Shown piece after piece: positions 29,021 through 38,174 of a stretch of DNA of 64,000 nucleotides. Each line of letters opens with the position of its first letter. The first letter of the stretch is position 1. The position numbers and the translations under genes were made by a program. The stretch is from Pseudomonadota bacterium (GTDB taxonomy: Bacteria > Bdellovibrionota > Bdellovibrionia > Bdellovibrionales > Bdellovibrionaceae): assembly GCA_041178425.1 (NCBI GenBank), contig JBEGVH010000020.1:87242-151241 (forward strand), given 5' to 3'. Below the pieces are notes generated by a model. It made no database searches. It worked only from the letters and a program-made list of their open reading frames with translations, and had not been told where the DNA came from.

Positions 29021-29786
29021 GAGTCCTCGGATAATAAACTTTGACTAAAAACAAACCTTGAGGCGGAGCCGCATATCCCGCCTGGGTTCGATCCTTAGCC
29101 AATAGAAGCTTTTTAAGATCTTCTGGGGTGCGCTTCTTCTGCATATAATAGAGCTGCGTCCCCACGAGATTACGAACCATTTGCTTTAAAAAACCATTTC
29201 CGGTGACTTCAAAATAATAGAGGTGCGGCCTTTTTTGTACCCAGCGGGCCTTGTAGATATTTCTTACTGTGTTCGAAATATCAGTGCCAACTGATTGAAA
29301 ACTTTTAAAATCATGAGTCCCTTCGAGCACTTGAGCAAGAGACTGTAAATGCTCTAAATCAAAACGATGAGGATACCAATGGCAGAACCGCCCTAAAAAG
29401 GTCGGCCCCGTCGCCTTAGTTGAAATAACGTAACGGTAGGTTTTGGCCTTGGCTGAAAATAATGAATGAAACTCAGAATCAACCAACTTTGCCGACTGAA
29501 CAACCATGGTCGTTGGCAACATCGCCCTCATCGCTTTAACCAAGTTAATGGCCTCTGGGTTTCTCGGTGCATCAAAATGGACGACTTGGGCCATGGCATG
29601 AACCCCCGCATCGGTCCTACCCGAAGCAACACATTTGATAGATTGGTTAAAAACTCGAGCCAAGGCTCCCTCAAGAGACTCCTGAATACTGGGCTTTAAA
29701 GATTGGTTCTGCTTCTGCCAACCACAGAAGTCTGTTCCATCATAAGAGAGAACGAGCTTAACACGGTATTTTTCGGGGTTATTCAT
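29007..29786 (-). CDS. truA: tRNA pseudouridine(38-40) synthase
   Basis: YDGTDFCGWQ, GRTDAGVHA, HDF.SF, FLKQMVR, APPQGL. Confidence 0.97.
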   Translation of the reverse strand: MNNPEKYRVKLVLSYDGTDFCGWQKQNQSLKPSIQESLEGALARVFNQSIKCVASGRTDAGVHAMAQVVHFDAPRNPEAINLVKAMRAMLPTTMVVQSAKLVDSEFHSLFSAKAKTYRYVISTKATGPTFLGRFCHWYPHRFDLEHLQSLAQVLEGTHDFKSFQSVGTDISNTVRNIYKARWVQKRPHLYYFEVTGNGFLKQMVRNLVGTQLYYMQKKRTPEDLKKLLLAKDRTQAGYAAPPQGLFLVKVYYPRTLDIR

Positions 29787-29811
29787 TGTGGGAGGTCTAA
29801 CGTCGCCCTAA

Positions 29812-30720
29812 TTAAAAGTCAAAACCCAGACCTAAATTTAAGAGATTGCTTGAAATATCTATTTTGTCGTTAAAACTTTGAATGCGACGAAATTCTACAT
29901 CAAGCCATAAATTATTGATGCCGTACTCAGCATCTAAATTGGCAACACTGGCCGCGTCTAATTTTCCTAGATTGAGTCTAACTCCCCCACTGGCTTGAGC
30001 TGCAGGAACAAATTCATATTTGCTCTTTTTACTGTCGTCTCGTCGCTCAACCAAAACTGCTGGCACCCCACCCCCCGAAAAGTAAGGAACCATCCAAGGG
30101 TGACTCGAGTACTGCATTCGATAAATAAAACTCACGTGGGGAAGTAAAACATACAGCGTATATTGTTCACGGGCTTCCTCGCCCGTATCAACAAACCGAC
30201 CTTGGCCACTCGTAGAACCTAATCCTGCACCAACATTTATGATCCACTGACCGTATTTTCTGAGTGCGAGCCAATCGTAATCAACTAAAACCAAAGGTAA
30301 GTTGCTCGATCCATAAATATCTTCGTAAAAAAAACCGCTGGTATTTTGCAGAGGGATTGGAGGCATCTGTCCAGCACGAATACTGGCCGAACCATCCAAG
30401 CTTGATTCATCACCGGCATAAACATAACTGCCATCGCTTGTCACATTCAATAAGCCGCGCTCATAGTTTTCTGGTTTTGCAACTACCTTCACATCATCAT
30501 CATAAAACCGCTCAGAGCTAGCTTTGTCTTCTTCGTAGTAATACCCGTCTTCTTCATCAACCCTTAAAAATCCTTTTCGTGGATCCTGCGGATTCCAGCG
30601 AGGAAGCCCCTCATCCTGCACTTGAGGCTCTGTCTCTCTGGCCGTCGCACGCTGGGGAAGATGACCCATCATTACAATAAGTGACACGATGGCCAAAGAA
30701 GGAAAGCTAAACTTAATCAC
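29812..30720 (-). CDS. outer-membrane beta-barrel protein (MXAN_2562-like)
   Basis: Signal peptide; alternating amphipathic strands; terminal Phe (LGLGFDF); LDAEYGINN segment. Confidence 0.65.
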   Translation of the reverse strand: MIKFSFPSLAIVSLIVMMGHLPQRATARETEPQVQDEGLPRWNPQDPRKGFLRVDEEDGYYYEEDKASSERFYDDDVKVVAKPENYERGLLNVTSDGSYVYAGDESSLDGSASIRAGQMPPIPLQNTSGFFYEDIYGSSNLPLVLVDYDWLALRKYGQWIINVGAGLGSTSGQGRFVDTGEEAREQYTLYVLLPHVSFIYRMQYSSHPWMVPYFSGGGVPAVLVERRDDSKKSKYEFVPAAQASGGVRLNLGKLDAASVANLDAEYGINNLWLDVEFRRIQSFNDKIDISSNLLNLGLGFDF

Positions 30721-32116
30721 GCATCACTCTCCGCATTACAAAAAATCCCAGCACGAAGGCAAAAGAAGAAAGAAGAATAAAAGCCTGTAAACCATAGGTG
30801 ATCACCCACTGTGCCATCATAATTACAGGACTAAGTGTGGCACGAACGGCCGCTCGTGCCGCTTCTCTTTTTTTGATTTTTTTGGCCCACTTGGGGCTGT
30901 TATTATAATATTGCTTTACGAACCAACGACCGATCACGTTGGTTTTTAGAAAGCGATCTCGAAATTCTCTCAATATATAAAGCTGAGGAGCCGTCGACGA
31001 ACCGTAGGCGGCCGTGGCAATAAAACACTCTTTACCATCGAGTAGGCCCGACACCTCTCCAGGAACGGCCGTATGATTAAGACAATTGAGGTAGGCAGAA
31101 GCGCCTCCAACCGTTTGATCGGCAGAAAAATAAGAAACGTTTCCAGCAGCATCGACGTTTGCAAACCGAAAGTAATAGCGCTCGCCATTGATTAAGCCAT
31201 CAATAGTAGAATCGTCGAGATAAACATCATTTTTACTGTCTGAGGTGAAGGTCAGATCCTTATAATCGGAGGCCGATGTGACCGCGGTGGCAAAATTCGC
31301 GTCCGCACAGGAGAGAGGGCCTACACTATAATAGACGCGAAGGTATTTGAGGGGAACATTATCTGGCCCAATAGTTGATACAAAGCCATCGACGATGCCG
31401 GTGTTGGTGATATAGGCCTTTTCGTCGCCTCTCTCTACTTCCATGTAACAAAAGCCCCCAGTGCCCTGAGTGTTCGGACCCGGCGGACAAGCTGTAAAGT
31501 ATTGGTTAGAACTTGCGTTTTGGCCGGCCACTGAAACCTGAAAGGTTTCGAATTCATCGAGGGTATTATCTGCTTGGGTACTCAAACCGAATTGAATGGA
31601 ATCGCTTTTATTAACAGAACAATCAGCACCCGCCTCAATAGCCGAACAGAGATCAGACCATTTCACCGTGATATAAAGGGTCGTACTCGTGGATAAAGTA
31701 GTGCTGGCATCGGTGGGAATTATTTTTCTAGAAGCTCCTGTCACCAAAAACAAGGTGGTAGTGTTCGTGATGACCGATGAATTATCCGTTTGAAACTCAA
31801 TTCTTAAAAGCGTGTCGGGACGAATTCGATTCGCATTGCAAGGCTGGTTTAAGTTCGTGCAATTGTTGCATGTTGCTGCGGGATCCACGCCGCTTGCACA
31901 TTCACCATTCAACACCGAACCAGCAATTCCCCCATAAACGCGAATGCCCTGAGTTGTCGTTGTTGAACCACCCGTCGAGGTGCTACTCGTCGTATCGGGC
32001 ATGATCACGTTGGAGGCATTGTAAATCTTTATAGATGTGAGGGGAATCTTAGACCAAGCTTTACTCAGAGATAAGAGACAAAATAGAAATAAAATATTCT
32101 TGGTGAATGCTATCAT
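30713..32116 (-). CDS. secreted Cys/Thr-rich protein with FN3-like module and CFI-box C-terminal domain
   Basis: GLING.RYYF..ANVD.AGN; CFIATAAYGS...LREFRD.FL...GRWFV..YY..SP; C-terminal TM plus basic tail. Confidence 0.8.
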   Translation of the reverse strand: MIAFTKNILFLFCLLSLSKAWSKIPLTSIKIYNASNVIMPDTTSSTSTGGSTTTTQGIRVYGGIAGSVLNGECASGVDPAATCNNCTNLNQPCNANRIRPDTLLRIEFQTDNSSVITNTTTLFLVTGASRKIIPTDASTTLSTSTTLYITVKWSDLCSAIEAGADCSVNKSDSIQFGLSTQADNTLDEFETFQVSVAGQNASSNQYFTACPPGPNTQGTGGFCYMEVERGDEKAYITNTGIVDGFVSTIGPDNVPLKYLRVYYSVGPLSCADANFATAVTSASDYKDLTFTSDSKNDVYLDDSTIDGLINGERYYFRFANVDAAGNVSYFSADQTVGGASAYLNCLNHTAVPGEVSGLLDGKECFIATAAYGSSTAPQLYILREFRDRFLKTNVIGRWFVKQYYNNSPKWAKKIKKREAARAAVRATLSPVIMMAQWVITYGLQAFILLSSFAFVLGFFVMRRVMRD

Positions 32117-32232
32117 TATTTAAAGCTCAACAGGGCGACTTAGGTCTGTCAATGATCAGGCCCTAAGCCGCAAGAATCCGCGATCTGAACTAGACCGTAG
32201 TCGAGATTCGATTGCCAAAGTTTGACCGAGCC

Positions 32233-33063
32233 TTAGTCGGCTCCTTCATAAACTTCTTCTCCGTCTTCGTCTTCGAGAAGATCTTGAGTTGAAGTTCCAG
32301 GCATTGGTGTTGGCAAATACACGCCACTGGCCCGAATTTTACGAGCGCTTTTTCCCCATCTAAAAATACCAAAAATCGCACCAAGCACTGCGTAGGTAAG
32401 AAACAAGATAAACAAATTCACTTCTGGGCGAATCAAAATGGCTGTAAATATAGACACTCCCAAAACCAGGTATCGAAAAGGAAGTCGACCCTTCAAATCT
32501 AGATCTTTAAAACTACGATAACGAAAGGTACTCACCATCACGAAGGCAAGCAAAAATGTCATGATTAGAAGACCCATATTACCTGTGGGATTTAGCCCAA
32601 GATCATTAAAGGCCAAGACCGAGCTGGCCACAATACCCGCCGCCATCGGAATCGGTAGCCCTTGAAAATAACTTTTCTCTATAATGTTAGCCTGAACATT
32701 GAATCGAGCCAATCGCAGAGCTCCGCAAGTCACAAAGAGAAAGCTAGCAATCCAACCAATTCGGCCAAAGGGGTTTAACGCCCACTGGTGCAATAGCAGG
32801 GCTGGCGCCATTCCGAAACTACAGAGATCACAAAGAGAGTCGTATTCTGCACCAAACTTACTTGTAGAATGCGTAAGTCGAGCTAATCGACCGTCCATTA
32901 AATCAAAAAAAGAAGCGGCAACTATAAAATAGGCAGCTTGGAGAAAATCACCCTTGATGGCGTGGATGATCGCATAGAAACCGCAGAACAAATTTCCGGT
33001 GGTTACGATATTAGGTAAAACATAGATATGCATCGCCAAACGACGCGGCTTAGTGTCTTCCAT
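32233..33063 (-). CDS. pssA: CDP-diacylglycerol--serine O-phosphatidyltransferase
   Basis: LPN.VT.GNLFCGF, DLMDGRLAR...S.FGAEYDSLCD, ALRLARFN, FQGLPIP. Confidence 0.92.
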   Translation of the reverse strand: MEDTKPRRLAMHIYVLPNIVTTGNLFCGFYAIIHAIKGDFLQAAYFIVAASFFDLMDGRLARLTHSTSKFGAEYDSLCDLCSFGMAPALLLHQWALNPFGRIGWIASFLFVTCGALRLARFNVQANIIEKSYFQGLPIPMAAGIVASSVLAFNDLGLNPTGNMGLLIMTFLLAFVMVSTFRYRSFKDLDLKGRLPFRYLVLGVSIFTAILIRPEVNLFILFLTYAVLGAIFGIFRWGKSARKIRASGVYLPTPMPGTSTQDLLEDEDGEEVYEGAD

Positions 33064-33127
33064 GGGTTGTATTATTTCCTTTTTAGTAAGTGTATTCATT
33101 AGAAGCGGCTCCAAATAAACAATCCCA

Positions 33128-33766
33128 TTAGAGATTAGCCCCAAAGAGCCGAAATAAAAGCGTTAGTCCTGTTGCACTCATCAGTGGAAGCGTAAGGTTG
33201 TCATCGAGCTTTCCTATCGGCAAGAGCTCAGATAATGCACCGATAAAACCCGCTAGTACTCCCACGATTAGAAGCTTATCCAGTAGAATTCCATTCACAT
33301 AAAGATATCCCATCGTAGCAAGAGTGCAAACAACAAAGGCAGCGAGAAATCCCTGTAAACTTTTTTGCCCTAATATTTTGTCTTTTCCATAGAGAATACC
33401 AACGCAGCTCGCAATCGGATCGGCGAAAGCCAAAAATAATAACGATAGCCCCACAATTTTAGGCGAAAAAACCAAAACAATTAAAAGAACACCTGAGAGC
33501 AAGTAAGAGTTTCCCGATAAGCGATTAACCTCATTCTCTCGGATCACCAATTGAAACAAATTAACAAAAATTTCGTTTAAACGAGACGAGTATTGACGGA
33601 TCAAATCGGGAACAACAAAGATCATCATGGCACCCAAGAGAAGAATGATGGCATTCTCCCGAGAGACGCGCTGATGGACAAGCACCATCAATAAAACACC
33701 CAACATATGCCAGGTCTTGCGGGCCAGATGCAAATCTGATCTTCTTTTGAATGCCCTCGCTACCAT
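33128..33766 (-). CDS. CTP-dependent diacylglycerol/polyprenol (phytol/dolichol) kinase family membrane protein
   Basis: RKTWH, AD..A..VG..YG, KSLQG, DDNLTLP. Confidence 0.85.
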   Translation of the reverse strand: MVARAFKRRSDLHLARKTWHMLGVLLMVLVHQRVSRENAIILLLGAMMIFVVPDLIRQYSSRLNEIFVNLFQLVIRENEVNRLSGNSYLLSGVLLIVLVFSPKIVGLSLLFLAFADPIASCVGILYGKDKILGQKSLQGFLAAFVVCTLATMGYLYVNGILLDKLLIVGVLAGFIGALSELLPIGKLDDNLTLPLMSATGLTLLFRLFGANL

Positions 33767-33886
33767 TCGCTTTCTCCCTCTCAATTCGTCGAGAGTAACC
33801 TATTATAGGGTATGGAGAACCAGCAAGAGACAAAGCAGATCTTAACAAGAAAAAAAGAATTGAGCGCGTTAGGCGCACAAGCTAAC

Positions 33887-34381
33887 TTATTGTTTTTCCA
33901 CAATTATTTCTAGCTTCTGCAGAAGGTTGCCAGTCGCGCCATCAGCAACCTTCATTTCGAGTTTATTAGTCCCCGATTCAAGGGTGACGTAGTCTGTTGT
34001 AAATTCACTTTCGCGCCGAAAAATATTAGCCGTGTATCCATTATTTTTGTTTGTGATAGTTTTTACGTCTTTTAGACAGCTTCCACTCAACCGAACTTGA
34101 GTAATATTTTTGAGAGATTGAATTGAGCTTGCGTCTTCGCAATTCCATTCGATGGTAGTTATTCGATCAGGTTCAACAAAGGATGATGTCGATTGCGGCA
34201 ATTCGGCGATACTGGCTGGAGCCCGAGTTGAAGAAACCGTGTTACTAACTCTACGAACGGAATAAGAATCAGTCTCTGGCTTGGTTACAAGGTCAAAGTA
34301 GAGAAGCACAGCCAGTAAGGCAACCAGCGTGGCCAGACTTGTGATACGTGGAGAAAAAAAACGCCTAAGGACTCTCATCAT
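33887..34381 (-). CDS. membrane-anchored hypothetical protein (RAPAS motif)
   Basis: N-terminal TM; RxPAS motif frequent in Bdellovibrio exported proteins. Confidence 0.7.
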   Translation of the reverse strand: MMRVLRRFFSPRITSLATLVALLAVLLYFDLVTKPETDSYSVRRVSNTVSSTRAPASIAELPQSTSSFVEPDRITTIEWNCEDASSIQSLKNITQVRLSGSCLKDVKTITNKNNGYTANIFRRESEFTTDYVTLESGTNKLEMKVADGATGNLLQKLEIIVEKQ

Positions 34382-34388
34382 GAAAAAG

Positions 34389-34415
34389 TCATCGGCAGAT
34401 TTTTGACACCCTTGA
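34389..34415 (-). promoter_or_regulatory. sigma-28-type promoter, probably leaderless
   Basis: TCAA-N15-GCCGATGA, ATG 7 nt downstream. Confidence 0.65.
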
Positions 34416-34579
34416 AGACCAGTGATTTACATTTTAATCGATGAAGCTAAATAAATTTTGACGCTTCAATAACGCGCTGAAGCCTAAACTTTAATCTGCC
34501 CTTTTCATCAGTGGCGACTTTATGTCAAACTACCTCTGAAAACAAACTGGACAAACGTCAATCACTACGGAGGCTTTTT

Positions 34580-35359
34580 TTGAAAACTAAAGTATTTATC
34601 ACTGGAACTCTTGCGCTCAGTTTAGCCCTCATCGGCTGCAAACCAAATGCTAAAGATCTTAAAGAGGCAATTGAAAAAGACCCTAGTATCGTTTTCGTTG
34701 CCATTGAAAAAGCGCCCGATCAGTTTATTGAAGTGGTAAATAAGGCCGCTCGTGAAGCTCAAACAAAGCAACAACAAAAAGAAATGGCCGATGAACAAGG
34801 TAAACGCGATCAAGAATTTAAAAATCCTCTGAAGCCATCGATCGATGAAAGCCGCCCATTAATGGGATCAAAAACTGCTAAAATCACCATCGTTGAATTT
34901 TCTGATTTCGAATGCCCTTATTGTTCACGTGGCTACAGCACAATCAAAGAAGTTTTAAAAGATTACCCGACTGAAGTTAGGGTTCTTTTCAAACACCTTC
35001 CCTTAGACTTCCATCCAAAAGCACTTCCTGCAGCTAAATATTACGAAGCCATTGCATTACAAGATCATGCTAAAGCAATTCAATTTCATGATCAGATTTT
35101 CCAAAACCAAGACAAACTTCGTAAGGAAGGTGAAGACTACATGAAAAAGATCGCCAAGGATCTTGGCATCAACATGAAAAAACTCGAGAAAGACGTCGCA
35201 TCTGATGAGGTTATGGCAAAAATCCAGGCCGACATCGACGAAGCTAAGAGCTTTGAAATCAGCGGCACCCCTGGCTTCATTATCAATGGTGTTTCTCTTC
35301 GTGGAGCTTATCCATTCAGCGAATTCAAGGCCATCATAGACAAACATCTTGGCAAATAA
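34580..35359 (+). CDS. DsbA-family (ScsC/Com1-like) lipoprotein
   Basis: Lipobox LIGC; EFSDFECPYC; GTP cis-Pro loop; GGAGG before TTG 34580. Confidence 0.9.
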   Translation: MKTKVFITGTLALSLALIGCKPNAKDLKEAIEKDPSIVFVAIEKAPDQFIEVVNKAAREAQTKQQQKEMADEQGKRDQEFKNPLKPSIDESRPLMGSKTAKITIVEFSDFECPYCSRGYSTIKEVLKDYPTEVRVLFKHLPLDFHPKALPAAKYYEAIALQDHAKAIQFHDQIFQNQDKLRKEGEDYMKKIAKDLGINMKKLEKDVASDEVMAKIQADIDEAKSFEISGTPGFIINGVSLRGAYPFSEFKAIIDKHLGK

Positions 35360-35407
35360 TCTACCCCGCTATCTTCCATTAAATTGAATCTATTTATAGA
35401 CTCGCCT

Positions 35408-35433
35408 AAAGCCCCTCTCTCGAGGGGCTTTTT
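35408..35433 (+). terminator. rho-independent terminator
   Basis: AAAGCCCCTC/GAGGGGCTTT plus T-tract. Confidence 0.85.
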
Positions 35434-35478
35434 CTTTGCTCAATTGACCGAAGAATCTCGCAATGTTGTGATTAAAGA

Positions 35479-36252
35479 GTGATCACAGCAATCGGACACC
35501 ACATTCTGCTTTACTCACAAGACCTGAGGGGTTTTTTAGCTCTTTTGAAAGATACTTTTTGGGCCCTTGTTACGCCTCCATTGCGCTGGAAGGAAACAAT
35601 TCAACAACTTCACTTCGTTGCCAATGGCAGCCTCGTCATCGTAGGTTTTTGTGTGGCATTCGCTGCCGTCGTCACTATTCTTGAATCTTCGTTTCATATG
35701 AAAATGGTTATTCAAAATGACTCCATGGTTCCGGGCTTTGCAGCCATGCTTATCCTTCGTGAATTAGGAGCCGTTGTTTCATCGCTTCTGCTCACCTCGC
35801 GGGTGGGCGCCGGCTTTGCCGCTGAAGTGGGTTCGATGACGGTCACAGAACAAGTTGACGCCCTTCGGATGCTTGGTATCGACCCCATTCGCTACATCGT
35901 TATTCCAAGACTCATTGCCTGCACCATCGGAACCGCTATTTTAACTATTATTGCCAATATGATTTGCCTCTACTGTGCAGCCCTCGTTTCGGAGGCTTAC
36001 CTTGGATTCACCATGGGACTTTTCAAAACAGCAATGACTCGTTTTATTGGCTTTCAAGATATCGTTTTTGCCACCATAAAGGGTGCCGTCTTCGGAAGTA
36101 TAATACCCCTAGTTAGTTGCCATTTCGGGTTTCGATGCAAAGCTGGCGCACAAGGTGTAGGTCTCGCCACGACCCAAAGTGTTGTCGCAAGCTCCGTAGC
36201 AATCATTGTTTTTGATTTTATCTTAACTTTTATTTTTTCCCATTTTTATTGA
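35479..36252 (+). CDS. mlaE: MlaE-family ABC permease
   Basis: LRELG, RVGAGFAAEVGSM.VTEQVDALR.LGIDP, GVG.ATT.SVV. Confidence 0.92.
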   Translation: MITAIGHHILLYSQDLRGFLALLKDTFWALVTPPLRWKETIQQLHFVANGSLVIVGFCVAFAAVVTILESSFHMKMVIQNDSMVPGFAAMLILRELGAVVSSLLLTSRVGAGFAAEVGSMTVTEQVDALRMLGIDPIRYIVIPRLIACTIGTAILTIIANMICLYCAALVSEAYLGFTMGLFKTAMTRFIGFQDIVFATIKGAVFGSIIPLVSCHFGFRCKAGAQGVGLATTQSVVASSVAIIVFDFILTFIFSHFY

Positions 36253-36262
36253 GGCTGACGCT

Positions 36263-37039
36263 ATGAAAGTTGAAACCAAAGTTGGATTACTCTTTTTACT
36301 AACAATTAGCTTGATCATTGGCTTCGCATACACTCTTGGCGTCGTTAATCCTTTTTCAAACTATAACGATCTTGTCATTCTCTATAATTACGCGGGCGGG
36401 CTCGAAAAGGGCTCACCCGTCAGGGTCATGGGTATCGAAGTAGGCAAGGTAAAATCGATTGAATTCGACCCACAAGGACGCTCTTCCGATGGGGAAGAAG
36501 TAAAACTAAGGGTTACTGTGGGTATCTCTAAAAAGGCTTGGGAGACTATTCGTGAGGACTCTCATTTTTATATTAATATGGCTGGGGTGATCGGCGAAAA
36601 GTTTTTAGAGATCTCCCCCGGAAGTCTGGATAAACCGGGCTTCAAAGTAGGTCAAAGTGTTCGTGGAGAAGACCCTCCCCGAGTCGATCAACTCATCTCA
36701 CAAGGTTACGGATTGGCGGGAAAGATCTTAGAAATCGTGAGTAAGAATGAGGGTTCCGTGACAGGAATGATTTCCCAGCTTGATAACTTAGTGACGAACT
36801 TCAATAAAACACTCGCTCTTCTCGATAAAACATCTAAAAACCAGGATGTAGAAAGACTGATGCGCAACTTTATTAAGATATCAGATGACCTGGCTTACCT
36901 AACACACCAACTCCGGTCCGAAAAATCAGAAAAGTCTTTCGAAGTTCTAAACAGACTCATTATGCGGCTTGAAAATCTGGATGCCCCAGCGATTCGAAAG
37001 TTTTTGCAAGAAGAAGGCATCAAAGCCAAAATGTTCTAA
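36263..37039 (+). CDS. mlaD: MlaD/MCE-domain protein
   Basis: GGLEKGSPVRVMGIEVGKV, GVIGEKFLEISPG. Confidence 0.9.
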   Translation: MKVETKVGLLFLLTISLIIGFAYTLGVVNPFSNYNDLVILYNYAGGLEKGSPVRVMGIEVGKVKSIEFDPQGRSSDGEEVKLRVTVGISKKAWETIREDSHFYINMAGVIGEKFLEISPGSLDKPGFKVGQSVRGEDPPRVDQLISQGYGLAGKILEIVSKNEGSVTGMISQLDNLVTNFNKTLALLDKTSKNQDVERLMRNFIKISDDLAYLTHQLRSEKSEKSFEVLNRLIMRLENLDAPAIRKFLQEEGIKAKMF

Positions 37040-37137
37040 GTTCAAAACCAGACTTTGATCGCAGTTCCCGAGCGAAGAGTGCCAACGGTACGTCTTATAT
37101 CTCTTCAACCTTTGAAAGCATCTCCTAAGACAAAAAC

Positions 37138-37173
37138 AAAAAACCCTCGAGGTTTAGCCCCGAGGGTTTTTTT
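37138..37173. terminator. bidirectional rho-independent terminator
   Basis: AAAAAACCCTCG/CGAGGGTTTTTT. Confidence 0.85.
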
Positions 37174-37193
37174 AAAGCTTTGTTAAGCTAAAA

Positions 37194-37283
37194 CTACTTC
37201 TTAGCAGTTTTTTTCTTTGTAGCTTTTTTCTTTGTAGCAGCTTTTTTCTTTGTAGCTTTCTTTGTAGCTTTCTTCTTAGCCAT
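37194..37283 (-). CDS. 29-aa Lys/Ala/Thr-rich histone-H1-tail-like microprotein MAKKKATKKATKKKAATKKKATKKKTAKK
   Basis: AGGAGG 5 nt before ATG; TAG stop; terminator about 20 nt downstream; upstream promoter; below the ORF-track cutoff. Confidence 0.85.
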   Translation of the reverse strand: MAKKKATKKATKKKAATKKKATKKKTAKK

Positions 37284-37336
37284 TTTATCCTCCTAGGATA
37301 TTTTTGTTGTTGGTTACTAGTTGCTTTCTATTTCAA

Positions 37337-37365
37337 ATTCTGATCAAGGTGACATCTCTCGTCAA
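37337..37365 (-). promoter_or_regulatory. sigma-70-type promoter for the microprotein
   Basis: TTGACG-N17-CAGAAT. Confidence 0.55.
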
Positions 37366-37433
37366 TAAAAAAATTTCAAAAAAATAAATTTGCACGAATT
37401 TTGCGTTCACTAAACTAAAAAAGGAGAGTTGAT

Positions 37434-38174
37434 ATGCTCATTCGTTTTCTATTTCTGACTTTCGGATTCGCGTTCGCACTTCGGACAATAAAAAACCAAA
37501 CATCGATGAAATCCTTATCTGAAGGCACTTCCAAGAACATTACAACTTCGCTGATTTTATATTTTTGGCTGATGACCATCCTTTCGCCCTGGATGACAGT
37601 CCCGGTCCTAGGAATTTTACTTTTTGTCCCAAATTTAGCCGCTCTTCGTCTCGAATGGATCCTGAATCTCATTTTGAAACGACTATTTCGCGAAAAAGTT
37701 ATTCAATTTTTCGATGAATTGGTCCTTCAGATGATGACAGGGAAGTCCTTTAGAGATTCTTTTTTGTTACTAACCTCGAATTCGCGCGATTTTTTTCAGA
37801 TTAAGATGCGAGAAATCCTTCACTGCCCTATCGATTTGAAGTCACATCCCGACTCTCTTAGGAACGAACTGCTCGAAATAGCCGAATTAGTCCAGAGCGT
37901 AGAGAAGAGCCCCCATAAGGCTCTTGATCGGATTCAAAATTTTAGACGGCAGCTCAAGTGGAAACAAAGTTTCAGAAAAAAATCACGGCAAGCGACCATT
38001 CAAATTAGAGCGCAAGCTTCAATTCTCAGTTGTCTATACCTCTTGCTCTTAATCTACACCATTATTGTTCAAGAAACTTGGTCGGTTCCTCTTCACACAC
38101 TTTCCATTTTGCTCTTCCTAATTGGCCTCTCGCTACTTTTTATTATTGGGAGAAATCCAAAATGGAAAACTTAA
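37434..38174 (+). CDS. TadB-like (T2SS-F family) membrane protein, divergent
   Basis: F.DELV..M.TG.SF..S; RQATIQIRAQA.IL followed by 2 TM helices. Confidence 0.6.
   Translation: MLIRFLFLTFGFAFALRTIKNQTSMKSLSEGTSKNITTSLILYFWLMTILSPWMTVPVLGILLFVPNLAALRLEWILNLILKRLFREKVIQFFDELVLQMMTGKSFRDSFLLLTSNSRDFFQIKMREILHCPIDLKSHPDSLRNELLEIAELVQSVEKSPHKALDRIQNFRRQLKWKQSFRKKSRQATIQIRAQASILSCLYLLLLIYTIIVQETWSVPLHTLSILLFLIGLSLLFIIGRNPKWKT

Noticed and set aside
35479..37039. mlaED lacking mlaF as a defective system
   Set aside because: Both ORFs are intact, and the ATPase may simply be encoded elsewhere.
37194..37283. TTTGTAGC repeats as a mini-CRISPR or microsatellite
   Set aside because: No spacers; fully explained by the coding ATKK repeats on the minus strand.
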